A stretch of DNA of 51,564 nucleotides, from the NCBI GenBank assembly GCA_964343355.1, contig CAYFJC010000002.1, forward strand, positions 1-51,564, written 5' to 3'. This DNA comes from an uncultured Gammaproteobacteria bacterium (GTDB lineage Bacteria > Pseudomonadota > Gammaproteobacteria > Magnimaribacterales > D2472). The stretch's first letter is position 1; each line of letters begins with the position of its first letter. Of this stretch, positions 28,749-38,931 are shown one piece after another. The position numbers and the translations under genes were made by a program. The notes under the pieces are model-generated. The model ran no database searches, was not told the DNA's origin, and was given only the letters and a program-made list of their open reading frames with translations.

Positions 28749-30824
28749 TTATTGATTTAGCTTGGTAATTAAAAATTTATCATTTAAGTATATATAGTCT
28801 GCAATAATATTTGCAGTTTCCTGCAATAAATAATCATTTTCAACATCTATATCCTCATCTCTCTTATCCTTTTCTTTATTAAAATCTTCCATATCTGAAT
28901 ATTCTTTAAAGACATCTAATCCCGTATTCTCTCTTCGCTCATTCTCTACATTAAGCATCCAATTTTTTCTTTCACTCTTCTCTTGCTTTCTCTTGTCGAT
29001 ATTAAGAGATAATTCTTTCTTATTTTTTATAAGGTCATATCTTTCTCTAAGATTCTGAATATAAGTCATGTTGGGACTTTCATTTAAACGATTTATGTGA
29101 GCTTTTTTAACTGCTGCAACAATATCCTCATCAATATTAAAGGTTCTATATCTCACTGGGGGAATGGTATCCCATGGAAGTGACATATGTAGCGAACTTT
29201 CACCAGTTGATTCAATATCCCATGAAGAAGGTAATTCAATATCTGGAACTACGCCTTTATTTTGAGTGCTCTCACCTGTAACTCTATAAAATTTGGATTC
29301 AGTAATTTTAATTTGACCAGATGATAAGTTATCAATAGCTTGAACCGTTCCTTTGCCAAATGTCCTATGCCCTATAACAAGACCTCTTTTATAGTCCTGA
29401 ATAGCGCCAGCAAATATTTCAGATGCAGATGCTGAACCTCTATCAACAAGAACAGCCATTGGTTTTTTCCATGCTTGTTTTGCATAGTAATCGCCCCATG
29501 AACCAATTTTCCCTGAATTCTGTTTAACTTGAACTGTTGCTCCAGATGAGACAAAAAGACCTGTAAGCTTATTTGCTTCAAGTAAAGAGCCGCCAGAATT
29601 TGATCTTAAATCAACTATCACAGCATCTACTGATTCTTTACTAAATTCTTTTAATATTTTTTTTACATCACTACTACTACTTTTGTAATCAGGGTCTCTT
29701 TTTCTATAAGCCTCAAAATCAATATAAAAAGTAGGCAGATCAATTATTCCAATCTTATATTCTTGATCCAAGATACTTATAGAATGGATACTTGATTTTG
29801 CAGCTCTATCTTCAAGTTTAATTTCTTCTCTAACAAGATTAACAATCTTTCTATTACTGTTATCTTCAGAATCTGAGGGTATAAATTCTATATCCAAACT
29901 TGAACCAGATTTACCTCTTATTAAATCAACAACTTCGTCAACCCTCCAGCCGACAACATCAACAAAATCCTCAGAATCTTCTTGTTTAATTCTAGTAATC
30001 TTATCTTCTGGATCTATTCTTCCTGATTTTTCTGCAGGCCCACCTGGAACTAGGCTAACAATCGTTGCATAGTCATCTTCTGTACTTAGAAGAGCTCCAA
30101 TACCTTCTAGCTTAAGACTCATATTTAATTCAAAGTCTTCAGCTGATCTGGGTGAAAAATAGGTTGAATGAGGATCAAACTGACTTGTTAAGGAACTCAT
30201 TGCTAATGAAAAGATATCCTCATCTTTTCTTTGATTAATTCTTCTTATCCTATTGGTATATCTTTTTTTAATTTTCTCAATAGAATTATCATCAGCTTTA
30301 TCAGCTAACTCTGAAGTAAGCATGTCATTTTTAGTAATTTTTTTCCATAATCTCTTAAGCGCTAACTTGGAGGGCTGCCACTCATTATCATCGGAGTAAA
30401 TATCTAAAGAGTCTATACCGTTATAAATAAATGCTTCTTTCTCAATCAACATGATCTGATAATCAGAAAATTCTAGAAGCCTATTAAAATAAAGATTAAT
30501 AATTTTATAAGCAGATTTGATATCAAATGATTGTTTCGATGGGTTAAAAAGCTTCGCTGAACTTAAAAATCGATTAACCTCATATTTAGTAAAATACTGC
30601 TTATTATTATCAAGCTCATCTATAAGATGCTCAATATATTTATAATTAAAATCATCATCTAGCTTCTGAACATAATGCTCTTCAGTAAGTTTGGTAAAAA
30701 TCTCATCGCTTAATAAAATTCTATTATCGTCTGCTTTAAACGCAATATTTCCTGCCAATAATGAATGAGAAAATAAGGCAAGAATAAAAAGCTTAGAGGT
30801 AAAATTTATTTTTTTTATGTTCAA
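28749..30824 (-). CDS. prc: Tail-specific (C-terminal processing) protease, S41A
   Basis: 691 aa. Signal peptide, and Ser/Lys dyad motifs RGSASASEIFAGAIQDY and FGKGTVQ. The start codon reads TTG. It ends 2 nt before the xthA start. Confidence 0.9.
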   Translation of the reverse strand: MNIKKINFTSKLFILALFSHSLLAGNIAFKADDNRILLSDEIFTKLTEEHYVQKLDDDFNYKYIEHLIDELDNNKQYFTKYEVNRFLSSAKLFNPSKQSFDIKSAYKIINLYFNRLLEFSDYQIMLIEKEAFIYNGIDSLDIYSDDNEWQPSKLALKRLWKKITKNDMLTSELADKADDNSIEKIKKRYTNRIRRINQRKDEDIFSLAMSSLTSQFDPHSTYFSPRSAEDFELNMSLKLEGIGALLSTEDDYATIVSLVPGGPAEKSGRIDPEDKITRIKQEDSEDFVDVVGWRVDEVVDLIRGKSGSSLDIEFIPSDSEDNSNRKIVNLVREEIKLEDRAAKSSIHSISILDQEYKIGIIDLPTFYIDFEAYRKRDPDYKSSSSDVKKILKEFSKESVDAVIVDLRSNSGGSLLEANKLTGLFVSSGATVQVKQNSGKIGSWGDYYAKQAWKKPMAVLVDRGSASASEIFAGAIQDYKRGLVIGHRTFGKGTVQAIDNLSSGQIKITESKFYRVTGESTQNKGVVPDIELPSSWDIESTGESSLHMSLPWDTIPPVRYRTFNIDEDIVAAVKKAHINRLNESPNMTYIQNLRERYDLIKNKKELSLNIDKRKQEKSERKNWMLNVENERRENTGLDVFKEYSDMEDFNKEKDKRDEDIDVENDYLLQETANIIADYIYLNDKFLITKLNQ

Positions 30825-30850
30825 TTTATTATTTAGATGTATAGTTTTGT

Positions 30851-31465
30851 ATGATGAATGCTAACTATATAGAATTTTTCTTTGATTGTTCAAGTCCTTG
30901 GACATATTTATCTTTTAGTGCTCTAAAAGATCTGGCAGAAGAAAACAATATTGAAATTCAATATAGGCCAATTTTAGTAGGCGGAATATTTAATACTGTA
31001 AATCCTTCAGTCTATAAAGGTCGAGAAAACCCCATTCCTGCAAAAGAAAAATATTATTTAAATGATATTCAAAATTGGGCAATAAGTAGGGATATTATTA
31101 TAAATTGGCCAAGCATATTCCCCATTAATTCTGTTAAAGCAATGCGTGGATGTCTCTATGCTGAATCTAAGAATATATCCTTTGATTTTGCTTTAGATAT
31201 TTTTAAAGCTTACTGGACTGACAATAAAGATATAAGTTCAGATAAAGTGCTTGAGGATATTTGTTTTCATAGAGGATTAGATCCTTTAGAGTTTTTTGAA
31301 TTTATTAAAATGCCATCAACAAAACTTCAATTGATTAAGAATTCTGAAGATCTAATTGAAAAGGGTGGTTTTGGTTCACCAACTTTCTTTTATCAAGATA
31401 AGATGTTTTTTGGAAACGATAGGCTAGATTTGTTATCCAGCCTATTAAATAAAGATCTAATCTAG
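30851..31465 (+). CDS. 2-hydroxychromene-2-carboxylate isomerase family protein (DsbA-like, kappa-GST fold)
   Basis: 204 aa. IEFFFDCSSPWTYL at the N-terminus and GGFGSPTFF...FFGNDRLD near the C-terminus are the family hallmarks. Confidence 0.8.
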   Translation: MMNANYIEFFFDCSSPWTYLSFSALKDLAEENNIEIQYRPILVGGIFNTVNPSVYKGRENPIPAKEKYYLNDIQNWAISRDIIINWPSIFPINSVKAMRGCLYAESKNISFDFALDIFKAYWTDNKDISSDKVLEDICFHRGLDPLEFFEFIKMPSTKLQLIKNSEDLIEKGGFGSPTFFYQDKMFFGNDRLDLLSSLLNKDLI

Positions 31466-32550
31466 AATCCTTGAATTCTTCCAGCTTCCTCTCTTACTAT
31501 TTCTGGTGATCCTAATAATTGTCGATTCATACCTATTCTCTTGAACCAATAATGCAAGCCTAGAAGATCAGTAAAACCCATTCCACCATGAACTTCAGTT
31601 GCTTTTTTTGAAACCATTTTACCAACTTCTGATACATGAGATTTTGATTGGCAAGCCATTAATCTAGCTTCTTCCGGAACATTACTAAAACAATGCGCTG
31701 CATGCCAAACCATTGCATAACAAGGCTCTAACTCTGCTGCCATCTCAGCACACATATGCTTAACAGCCTGAAATGATCCAATCACTCTTCCAAATTGTTT
31801 TCTCTCTTTTGCATACTCTACAGATTTATCAATCATAACTTGAGAAGCCCCTATACTATCGGCAGCCAGCATAATTCTTCCGGCATCTATAGTTTTTGTA
31901 ATTGGATCTTTATTATTTACAGAATTTTCTAAAATCTCTGCATTTACATCTTTAAGCACAATTTCAAAGTAACCCCTTGTCTTATCAACAGCTGTCAGTT
32001 TTACGATTTTTATACCTGGGTCACTAACATCTATTATGCACATAGCTCCCTCGCTATCTGCCAGTATAAAATGAGTTGCATTATCTCCATCAATCGCAAA
32101 TAAAGCTCTACCATTAACCTTATTTCCAGTTATTTCAACTCCTGCATCTTCACGAGCAGCAATATACTCTGTTAATCCAACACCAAATCTAACCTGATTA
32201 GCAGAAATTTTATTTAGATAATTTTCTTTCTGAGCATCATTGCCACCATGCATAATTGCAAGAGGTGCCATAACGTAAGATCCTATAAAAGGTATTGGAG
32301 CTATGCCTGCTCCAAGACCCTCAGATACAGCTGCTGCAAATAGCAGATCTAATTCCAGCCCACCATATTCTTCAGGAATTAATAAGGAATTAAGACCTAA
32401 ATTAATAAGACCTTGATGAATCTCTTTTTGAAGATCATCGCCTTCTCCAGCAGCAATTCTTCTAATCACATCTAATGAAGCCTGATCTTCAAGAAATTTT
32501 TTAACATTATCTTGAAAAAATGCTTGCTCTTCTGATAGTCCAAAATACAT
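31462..32550 (-). CDS. Acyl-CoA dehydrogenase family protein, small partner lacking a catalytic Glu
   Basis: 362 aa with an ACAD fold (HGGMGFT). Gly replaces the IVD/LCAD-type base (DAGRIMLAADSIG) and Leu replaces the MCAD-type base (LLGSPEI). Confidence 0.85.
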   Translation of the reverse strand: MYFGLSEEQAFFQDNVKKFLEDQASLDVIRRIAAGEGDDLQKEIHQGLINLGLNSLLIPEEYGGLELDLLFAAAVSEGLGAGIAPIPFIGSYVMAPLAIMHGGNDAQKENYLNKISANQVRFGVGLTEYIAAREDAGVEITGNKVNGRALFAIDGDNATHFILADSEGAMCIIDVSDPGIKIVKLTAVDKTRGYFEIVLKDVNAEILENSVNNKDPITKTIDAGRIMLAADSIGASQVMIDKSVEYAKERKQFGRVIGSFQAVKHMCAEMAAELEPCYAMVWHAAHCFSNVPEEARLMACQSKSHVSEVGKMVSKKATEVHGGMGFTDLLGLHYWFKRIGMNRQLLGSPEIVREEAGRIQGF

Positions 32551-32551
32551 A

Positions 32552-33805
32552 TTAAACTCCTTGAACCTTAGGTTCTCTTGGAAGACCTAAACCTCTTTCT
32601 GAAATTATATTTTTTTGAATCTGACTAGTACCACCACCTATTATTAAACCTAGAAAATACATATAAGCGAACTGCCATGACCCCCCATCTCTCAAGTGAG
32701 GACTGTCTTCATACAAAGTTCCTAATTCACCCATAATATCTATACCTAAGCCCTCAAGTTCGTGCCTTAACTCAGTCCCAATTAATTTTTGAATCATTTT
32801 GCCAACTTTGACATCCTGCCCAGGATTTAATTTTGCAGATAATACTCTCAAAGCGTGAGATTGAAATGCCATAACTTTGCCCTGCACCTGAAGCAACCTA
32901 TCTCTGTAGATAGGGTTTTCGATTAAAGTTTTTCCATTGATTGTTTCTTTTTTCATTCTATCGATTAACATATTTAATCTACTCATAGTTGCATTTGGGT
33001 CACCAAGAGATCCTCTTTCATGCCCTAAAGTTGCATTCGCAACAGCCCAACCTTCACCTCTACTTCCTACTATGTTGTCTCCAGGAATAGTGACATCAGT
33101 AAAAAATACTTCATTAAATCCTGCTTTAAGCGTCATATCCACTAAGGGCCTTATTTCTAAACCAGGAGTATCCATTGGAACTAGTAAATAGCTAATTCCT
33201 GCATGCTTCGAGGCCTCTGGCTCTGTTCTTACAAGGCAAAACATCATTTGAGAATATTGAGCCGTACTCGTCCAAATTTTTTGTCCATTAATAACCCACT
33301 GATCATCAATTAACTCACCTTTGGTTTGCAAGCTAGCTAAGTCGCTCCCAGCATTGGGTTCTGAATAGCCTTGGCACCATATCATTTCTCCGTAAAGCGT
33401 CGGCTTTATATATTTATTTTTTTGCTCTTCTGTTCCAAGTTCTAGCAATGTTGGAACAAGCATATCAATTCCTTGACCACCCATCGGTCCTGGAATTCCT
33501 TTATTTGAAAATTCAGTAGCCGCAATCCTGCTTTTTATTACATCTGACTCCCCACCAAATCCGCCATACTCTTTTGGAATTGACCTTGCAAAATAACCAT
33601 TCTCAATGAGAGTTTTTTGCCACTCTGATCTAGACATTTCAGGACCTCTTTCACTTACTAGAGTAGCTCTATTTCCTTGTATTACTCCACCACCTGCTTT
33701 TTGAATCGGCGGATCTTTTGTAAATTGAATACCTTTATATTTATTACAAAATGCCTGGACTTCTATCTTATATTCTTCGTACTCTGGTCCGTATTCTAAA
33801 TCCAT
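32552..33805 (-). CDS. Acyl-CoA dehydrogenase family protein, large (catalytic) partner
   Basis: 417 aa. WCQGYSEPNAGSDLASL is present. Glu is retained at the IVD/LCAD-type position (LGHERGSLG). The C-terminal motif is IGGGTSQIQ. Confidence 0.85.
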   Translation of the reverse strand: MDLEYGPEYEEYKIEVQAFCNKYKGIQFTKDPPIQKAGGGVIQGNRATLVSERGPEMSRSEWQKTLIENGYFARSIPKEYGGFGGESDVIKSRIAATEFSNKGIPGPMGGQGIDMLVPTLLELGTEEQKNKYIKPTLYGEMIWCQGYSEPNAGSDLASLQTKGELIDDQWVINGQKIWTSTAQYSQMMFCLVRTEPEASKHAGISYLLVPMDTPGLEIRPLVDMTLKAGFNEVFFTDVTIPGDNIVGSRGEGWAVANATLGHERGSLGDPNATMSRLNMLIDRMKKETINGKTLIENPIYRDRLLQVQGKVMAFQSHALRVLSAKLNPGQDVKVGKMIQKLIGTELRHELEGLGIDIMGELGTLYEDSPHLRDGGSWQFAYMYFLGLIIGGGTSQIQKNIISERGLGLPREPKVQGV

Positions 33806-33808
33806 AAT

Positions 33809-34615
33809 TTACTCCTTATTTTCTTTATCCCAATTTGGTTCTCTTTTTTCTAGAAATGCAGAAATTCCTTCTTTAGCATCATCACCCTCAAAACATTTAG
33901 CAATTTGTTTCTGCAAATAGGGTAATGCTTCATCAAAACTCATACCATCTTGCTTTTCATAAGCCTCTAAACCAAACTGCATAGTTCCAGGCGCCAAACT
34001 AGCTAGCTCATTTGCTAAATTGCTTACTGTTTCATTTAAATCTTTGCTCTCAACCGATTGATTGATTAAACCCCATTCCTCAGCTTTATTTGCATTAATT
34101 GACTCACCTCTCATAACAAAATCTAGACCAGCCCTTTTTGGCATAACTCTAAATAAACCAGCCATGACCATAAATGGCCATAATCCTCGTTTAATCTCTG
34201 GTGCTGAGAATGTTGCCTCTTTGATAGCTATAGCATGAGTTGAATTGGTTACCATTAAAAGTGCTCCAGCTAGAACAGAGCCCTGAATTTTACATATAAC
34301 AGGTTTATAAAGATGCCTTAAAGCTAAACTAATATCTTTTGCATATTCTAATATTGGTATATTTGATTCAGATTCTTCTCTTCTTAAATCTGCTCCTGCA
34401 CAAAATATATCTCCCTCTGCTGCAAGAACTACTACTCTTATAGATCTTTCTTGTTTTGCGTAAGCGAGAGCGTAATTAATTTCGTTCATCATGACATTAT
34501 TTATTGCATTCTTTTTTTCTGGACGATTAAGCGTAATAGTTATTATGTTATTAGAAATATCTATTTTTGTAGCTTGAAAAACTAAACCTTCCAATGATAA
34601 TTTATCAGACATCAC
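33809..34615 (-). CDS. Enoyl-CoA hydratase/isomerase family protein (AtuE/LiuC-like position in the operon)
   Basis: 268 aa with the crotonase motif AEGDIFCAGADLR. It overlaps the upstream gene by 4 nt. Confidence 0.9.
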   Translation of the reverse strand: MMSDKLSLEGLVFQATKIDISNNIITITLNRPEKKNAINNVMMNEINYALAYAKQERSIRVVVLAAEGDIFCAGADLRREESESNIPILEYAKDISLALRHLYKPVICKIQGSVLAGALLMVTNSTHAIAIKEATFSAPEIKRGLWPFMVMAGLFRVMPKRAGLDFVMRGESINANKAEEWGLINQSVESKDLNETVSNLANELASLAPGTMQFGLEAYEKQDGMSFDEALPYLQKQIAKCFEGDDAKEGISAFLEKREPNWDKENKE

Positions 34616-36387
34616 TCACCCTCCTTAATTATTGAACTTGGTATATCTACTATTTTTGCTCTTAAGTACTCACCTAATGACTTAGCTTGCCCATCTTTTC
34701 TATTATTTGATGAAACGCCATCTTCAAGTATTCCATGAATATAAAAATTTAGTGATTTAATATTTGCTAGATCGTATCTATCTATTTCATATTTATTGAG
34801 ATCAGGCAGTAATTCTTTAAGCTTATCAACACTAAGAAAATCATATAAAAATGAATAAGCTAAGTCAGTTTTTGCCCATACGCCTAAGTTTGCACATCCG
34901 CCTTTATCACCTGATCTAGCTCCAAATAAAGTGCCAAGAGGACTTCTTTCTGTTTCGCCCCCAGGCGCTGAAGCTATTTCAATTAGATTTTTTTGATAAA
35001 AGTTATCTTTAAAACCCATTTGGCTTGTTGGAATTATTTCAGTTATTTTGCCATCTAGATGAACATATTCTTTTATATATTTACTATCCACTAGCGCTGG
35101 CCAATAAACAATAACTGGCCCAGGTTTTTTCCCGCCACCATCTGAAAAAAATCCTGGATAATTTGCTAAAGATAATTCAATTATCTTTGCACTAAATAAT
35201 CTCCCAACTAAATCAGCATTTATAGATTTTACTGATATGGATAATGTTGCCATAGCTTCTTCATTAGAATTTGGATTTTCTTTATCAGTCCTATGTAGAT
35301 TAATTGAAACATCATCAAACTGCTCTTTCCCTCCAACTGAATTAAACAAAGCAGAAGTGAAAGCCTCAGCTTTTGCTTCAATATCTAAACCAGTTAGAAC
35401 AAGATCCATTCCATTTCTATAACCGCCAGCAAGATTAATGCATGCTTTGTGTGTTGAAGGAGGGGTGCTACCTCTGCAGCCTGAAACATAGACCCTATCT
35501 TGACCTTCTTGCTCTATATTGAGAGTATCAAAATGACCAATTACATCTGGGTTTAGGTAGGCTGGAGAACTAATTTCATAAAGTAATTGAGCTGTCACAG
35601 TACCAATTGAAACTAATCCGCCTGTTCCTGGATGCTTAGTAATAGTAAAACTTCCATCACTTTCTATTTCAGCTATTGGGTAACCAACATTATCGAAACT
35701 TGGAACTTCTTTAAAAAATGAATAATTTCCTCCAGTTGCCTGACATCCACATTCAATAATATGACCTGCAGCCAAAGCTCCAGCTAAGGCGTCATAATCT
35801 GTTCTATCCCATCCAAATTTCCATGCAGCAGGACCAATAACTACCGCAGCATCGGTAACTCTTGGGCAAACCACTATGTCAGCACCTTTATCTAAAGCTT
35901 CTTTTATTCCCCAAGCGCCTAAATATGCATTTGCTGTAAGTGTTTGGCAGCCAGATTCCTCAAGAGGTATCTTTTTATCCATATTATTAAATAACTCTCC
36001 TTTATTATGTAATTCAGCAATTCTAGGCATAAGATCATCACCATCAATATAGGCAACTTTTAAATCTATAGACAACTCTTCTAGTATTTTTTCTATTTCT
36101 AATGCCATAGAGGAGGGGTTTAAACCACCTGCATTAGTGACAATTTTTATATTTTTATCTTTGCATGACTGAGCAACATCTTTAACTTGTTTAAGAAATG
36201 TTCCAACATAGCCTTTATCCTCACCTCTTTGCATCCTCTGATTAAAAAGAATGGCCATAGTTAGCTCTGCAAGATAATCACCTGTAAGAACATCTATAGG
36301 ACCACCTTCAACCATATCTTTAGCTGCAGAGAGCTTATCTCCATAATATCCACTGCAGTTAGCAATTTTTATAACATCTTTACTCAT
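34612..36387 (-). CDS. atuA: AtuA-family protein (DUF1446, acyclic terpene utilization)
   Basis: 591 aa. The N-terminus IKIANCSGYYGDKLSAAKDMVEGGPIDVLTGDYLAELTM matches the DUF1446/AtuA family as I remember it. The length matches fused AtuA proteins. Confidence 0.8.
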   Translation of the reverse strand: MSKDVIKIANCSGYYGDKLSAAKDMVEGGPIDVLTGDYLAELTMAILFNQRMQRGEDKGYVGTFLKQVKDVAQSCKDKNIKIVTNAGGLNPSSMALEIEKILEELSIDLKVAYIDGDDLMPRIAELHNKGELFNNMDKKIPLEESGCQTLTANAYLGAWGIKEALDKGADIVVCPRVTDAAVVIGPAAWKFGWDRTDYDALAGALAAGHIIECGCQATGGNYSFFKEVPSFDNVGYPIAEIESDGSFTITKHPGTGGLVSIGTVTAQLLYEISSPAYLNPDVIGHFDTLNIEQEGQDRVYVSGCRGSTPPSTHKACINLAGGYRNGMDLVLTGLDIEAKAEAFTSALFNSVGGKEQFDDVSINLHRTDKENPNSNEEAMATLSISVKSINADLVGRLFSAKIIELSLANYPGFFSDGGGKKPGPVIVYWPALVDSKYIKEYVHLDGKITEIIPTSQMGFKDNFYQKNLIEIASAPGGETERSPLGTLFGARSGDKGGCANLGVWAKTDLAYSFLYDFLSVDKLKELLPDLNKYEIDRYDLANIKSLNFYIHGILEDGVSSNNRKDGQAKSLGEYLRAKIVDIPSSIIKEGE

Positions 36388-37000
36388 TTTTTTTCTCCAA
36401 CTTTATTCCATCTAAAATTATTTCTGTAATAGAATTTGCTGATTTTTCAGGCGAATCTGAAAGTTTTTTAATATTTATATCTTTAGCAAAATCCCTACCT
36501 ATACCACCTAAAAGAAGAGCAAAGGCTTGAGTATCTATTTTTTTAATTTCATTAATAGATACTGCTTCATCTAATAACTGCTTAGTGAAGGAGGTAATAT
36601 AGTCCTCATGGTAATCAATCATCTCTTTTGATTTATTATCGTTGCCTAAATTTTGAAGATAAACCTTAAACTTTGGACCAACTGCCTGATTGGCATGTTG
36701 TAAATATTTTTTTAATTTTTCAATTGGGGAGTCAATATTAGCCACAGTATCTAAAGCTTCTTTACCTAACCTCATCAGAATCCTATTTACTGTCATTCTT
36801 ATTAAGTGATTTTTGCTTGGAGCAATTTCGTAAAGTGTTCTTAAAGATACTTTTAAGTTAGCAGCCAGTTCAGACATAGTATGATCAGGAATACCTTTTT
36901 CTAGCATTAATTCTAGCTTATCAATAACCTGTTTATGTTTTTGACTAAAAGGTTTTATAGATTTACTTGAGATAATTTGGATATTTTTAGTTGCATACAT
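36380..37000 (-). CDS. TetR family transcriptional regulator (AtuR-like by context)
   Basis: 206 aa with the HTH MSELAANLKVSLRTLYE. It overlaps the carboxylase alpha gene by 1 nt and the AtuA-like gene by 8 nt. Confidence 0.8.
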   Translation of the reverse strand: MYATKNIQIISSKSIKPFSQKHKQVIDKLELMLEKGIPDHTMSELAANLKVSLRTLYEIAPSKNHLIRMTVNRILMRLGKEALDTVANIDSPIEKLKKYLQHANQAVGPKFKVYLQNLGNDNKSKEMIDYHEDYITSFTKQLLDEAVSINEIKKIDTQAFALLLGGIGRDFAKDINIKKLSDSPEKSANSITEIILDGIKLEKKNE

Positions 37001-38931
37001 TACTTATCTGAGTCTAAAACCATTAAAAGAGCACCATTTTCAACTTGATCATTACCACTTATAAATAACTCACTTATTACTCCATCTTCACTAGCTCTTA
37101 TTGAATGTTCCATTTTCATAGCTTCTAAAATAACTAATGTATCTCCAGCTTTAACTTTAGAGCCTTTTTTTACTTTCAGATCAATAACTGTACCAGGCAT
37201 AGGTGCCACCAGGCCGCCTGCCTGAACCTCTAACCCTGGAACTATAAATCTAGGCACAATTTCAAGTAGCACATCCCCAAAAGGCATATGCACAAGAACC
37301 TTATCTTTATGAATAGTTACTTTTGAAAAATGCCTTCTTCCATCAAACTCAAGATCAATTCCATTCTCATAACATTCATAAATAAATGCTATTGATGAAT
37401 CATGAATAACAAATGATCCATCTCTTTTTAATCGATAAGTGACATTAATCTCCTCATCCTTATATTTAAATTTGATATTTTGTTTTGGTGTTCTTCCATT
37501 AGTCCAACCAGATGGTAAGTGACCTAATACGTCATCATGTAATCTATTTAATTCCTGCATCCATAATGCAGCTATTGATGTCACATGCTTAAGTTGCTCT
37601 TCACTTAATTCAAGAACTCTTGCAGGCTTAACTCTATCAATGAAATCAGTTGTTGTATCACCATCTAGAAACTCTTGTGTTTTTAGGGTTGCAACAAGAA
37701 AATCTCTATTAGTAGTCAGACCTCCAATATGAGCTGCCTCTAAGGCTCTGGCAAGTTTTGATGCTGCATCAGCCCTTGTTGCCCCATATGAAATAACTTT
37801 AGCTAACATTGGATCAAAGGATGTACCAACTATTGAACCAGATTCAACTCCTGAATCCCAGCGAGCCTCAGCTTCATAGTCCTCCTCAAAAGCTATTAAT
37901 GTTCCTGTTTCTGGTAGAAAGTCATTATTAGGATCCTCAGCATAAAGCCTTGCTTCAATAGAGTGACCATTCCAACTTATATCATCTTGGTTATATCCAA
38001 GCTCTTCACCTCTAGCTATTCTTAGCTGCTCATAAACAAGATCCATATCTGTAACTTCTTCAGTTACAGGATGCTCTACTTGAAGCCTTGTATTAACCTC
38101 AAGAAACCAGAATTCACCAGTTTTATCATCAAAAAGAAATTCGACTGTACCAGCTGATTGATATTTTATTTTTTTTGCTAATTTTACTGCCGCAAGACCC
38201 ATAGCTTCTCTTATTTCTGGAGATACTCTTGGTGATGGAGACTCTTCTATAATTTTTTGGTGCCTTCTTTGAATAGAACACTCTCTTTCACCTAGATGAA
38301 CAATATTTCCATGAGAATCACCAAGGATTTGTATCTCAATATGTCTTGATTTTTTTACATATCTTTCTATAAAAACTCTTTCATCCCCAAAACCAGATTT
38401 AGCTTCTCGTTGCGCGCTTATGATTGATTCTTTTAAATCCTTTTGAGATTCAACTATTCTCATTCCTTTTCCACCGCCACCAGCTGCAGCTTTTATTAAA
38501 AGAGGATAGCCAATATTTTTTGCTTCTGCAGGCTTTGAAGTCATAGGTAGAGTTGGAACATTAGCTTTTGTAGCTAGTTCTTTAGCTTTTAATTTATCTC
38601 CCATTACTGAAATAACATGAGCCGAAGGACCAACCCAAACAATTTTTTCTTTAAGTACTTTTCTTGCAAAAGAAGCATTTTCTGAAAGAAAACCATAACC
38701 TGGATGAATAGCTTGAGCACCTGTTCTTTTAGCAGCATCAATAATAAGATTTCCATCAAGATAACCTCCATCTGGAAGACGAACCGCTTCATCAGCAGCC
38801 CTTACAAAAGGAGCATCAGCATCAGCATCTACATAGACAGCAACACATCTAATACCCATTTCATGTGCAGTCTCTATTATTCTTATAGCTATCTCACCTC
38901 TATTAGCAATTAGTAGTGAATTAAATATCAT
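37000..38931 (-). CDS. Biotin-dependent acyl-CoA carboxylase alpha subunit (biotin carboxylase + BCCP; AtuF/LiuD-like)
   Basis: 643 aa. LLIANRGEIAIRII, the ATP-grasp motif GGGGKGMRIV and the biotinylation motif LEAMKMEH. Confidence 0.9.
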   Translation of the reverse strand: MIFNSLLIANRGEIAIRIIETAHEMGIRCVAVYVDADADAPFVRAADEAVRLPDGGYLDGNLIIDAAKRTGAQAIHPGYGFLSENASFARKVLKEKIVWVGPSAHVISVMGDKLKAKELATKANVPTLPMTSKPAEAKNIGYPLLIKAAAGGGGKGMRIVESQKDLKESIISAQREAKSGFGDERVFIERYVKKSRHIEIQILGDSHGNIVHLGERECSIQRRHQKIIEESPSPRVSPEIREAMGLAAVKLAKKIKYQSAGTVEFLFDDKTGEFWFLEVNTRLQVEHPVTEEVTDMDLVYEQLRIARGEELGYNQDDISWNGHSIEARLYAEDPNNDFLPETGTLIAFEEDYEAEARWDSGVESGSIVGTSFDPMLAKVISYGATRADAASKLARALEAAHIGGLTTNRDFLVATLKTQEFLDGDTTTDFIDRVKPARVLELSEEQLKHVTSIAALWMQELNRLHDDVLGHLPSGWTNGRTPKQNIKFKYKDEEINVTYRLKRDGSFVIHDSSIAFIYECYENGIDLEFDGRRHFSKVTIHKDKVLVHMPFGDVLLEIVPRFIVPGLEVQAGGLVAPMPGTVIDLKVKKGSKVKAGDTLVILEAMKMEHSIRASEDGVISELFISGNDQVENGALLMVLDSDK

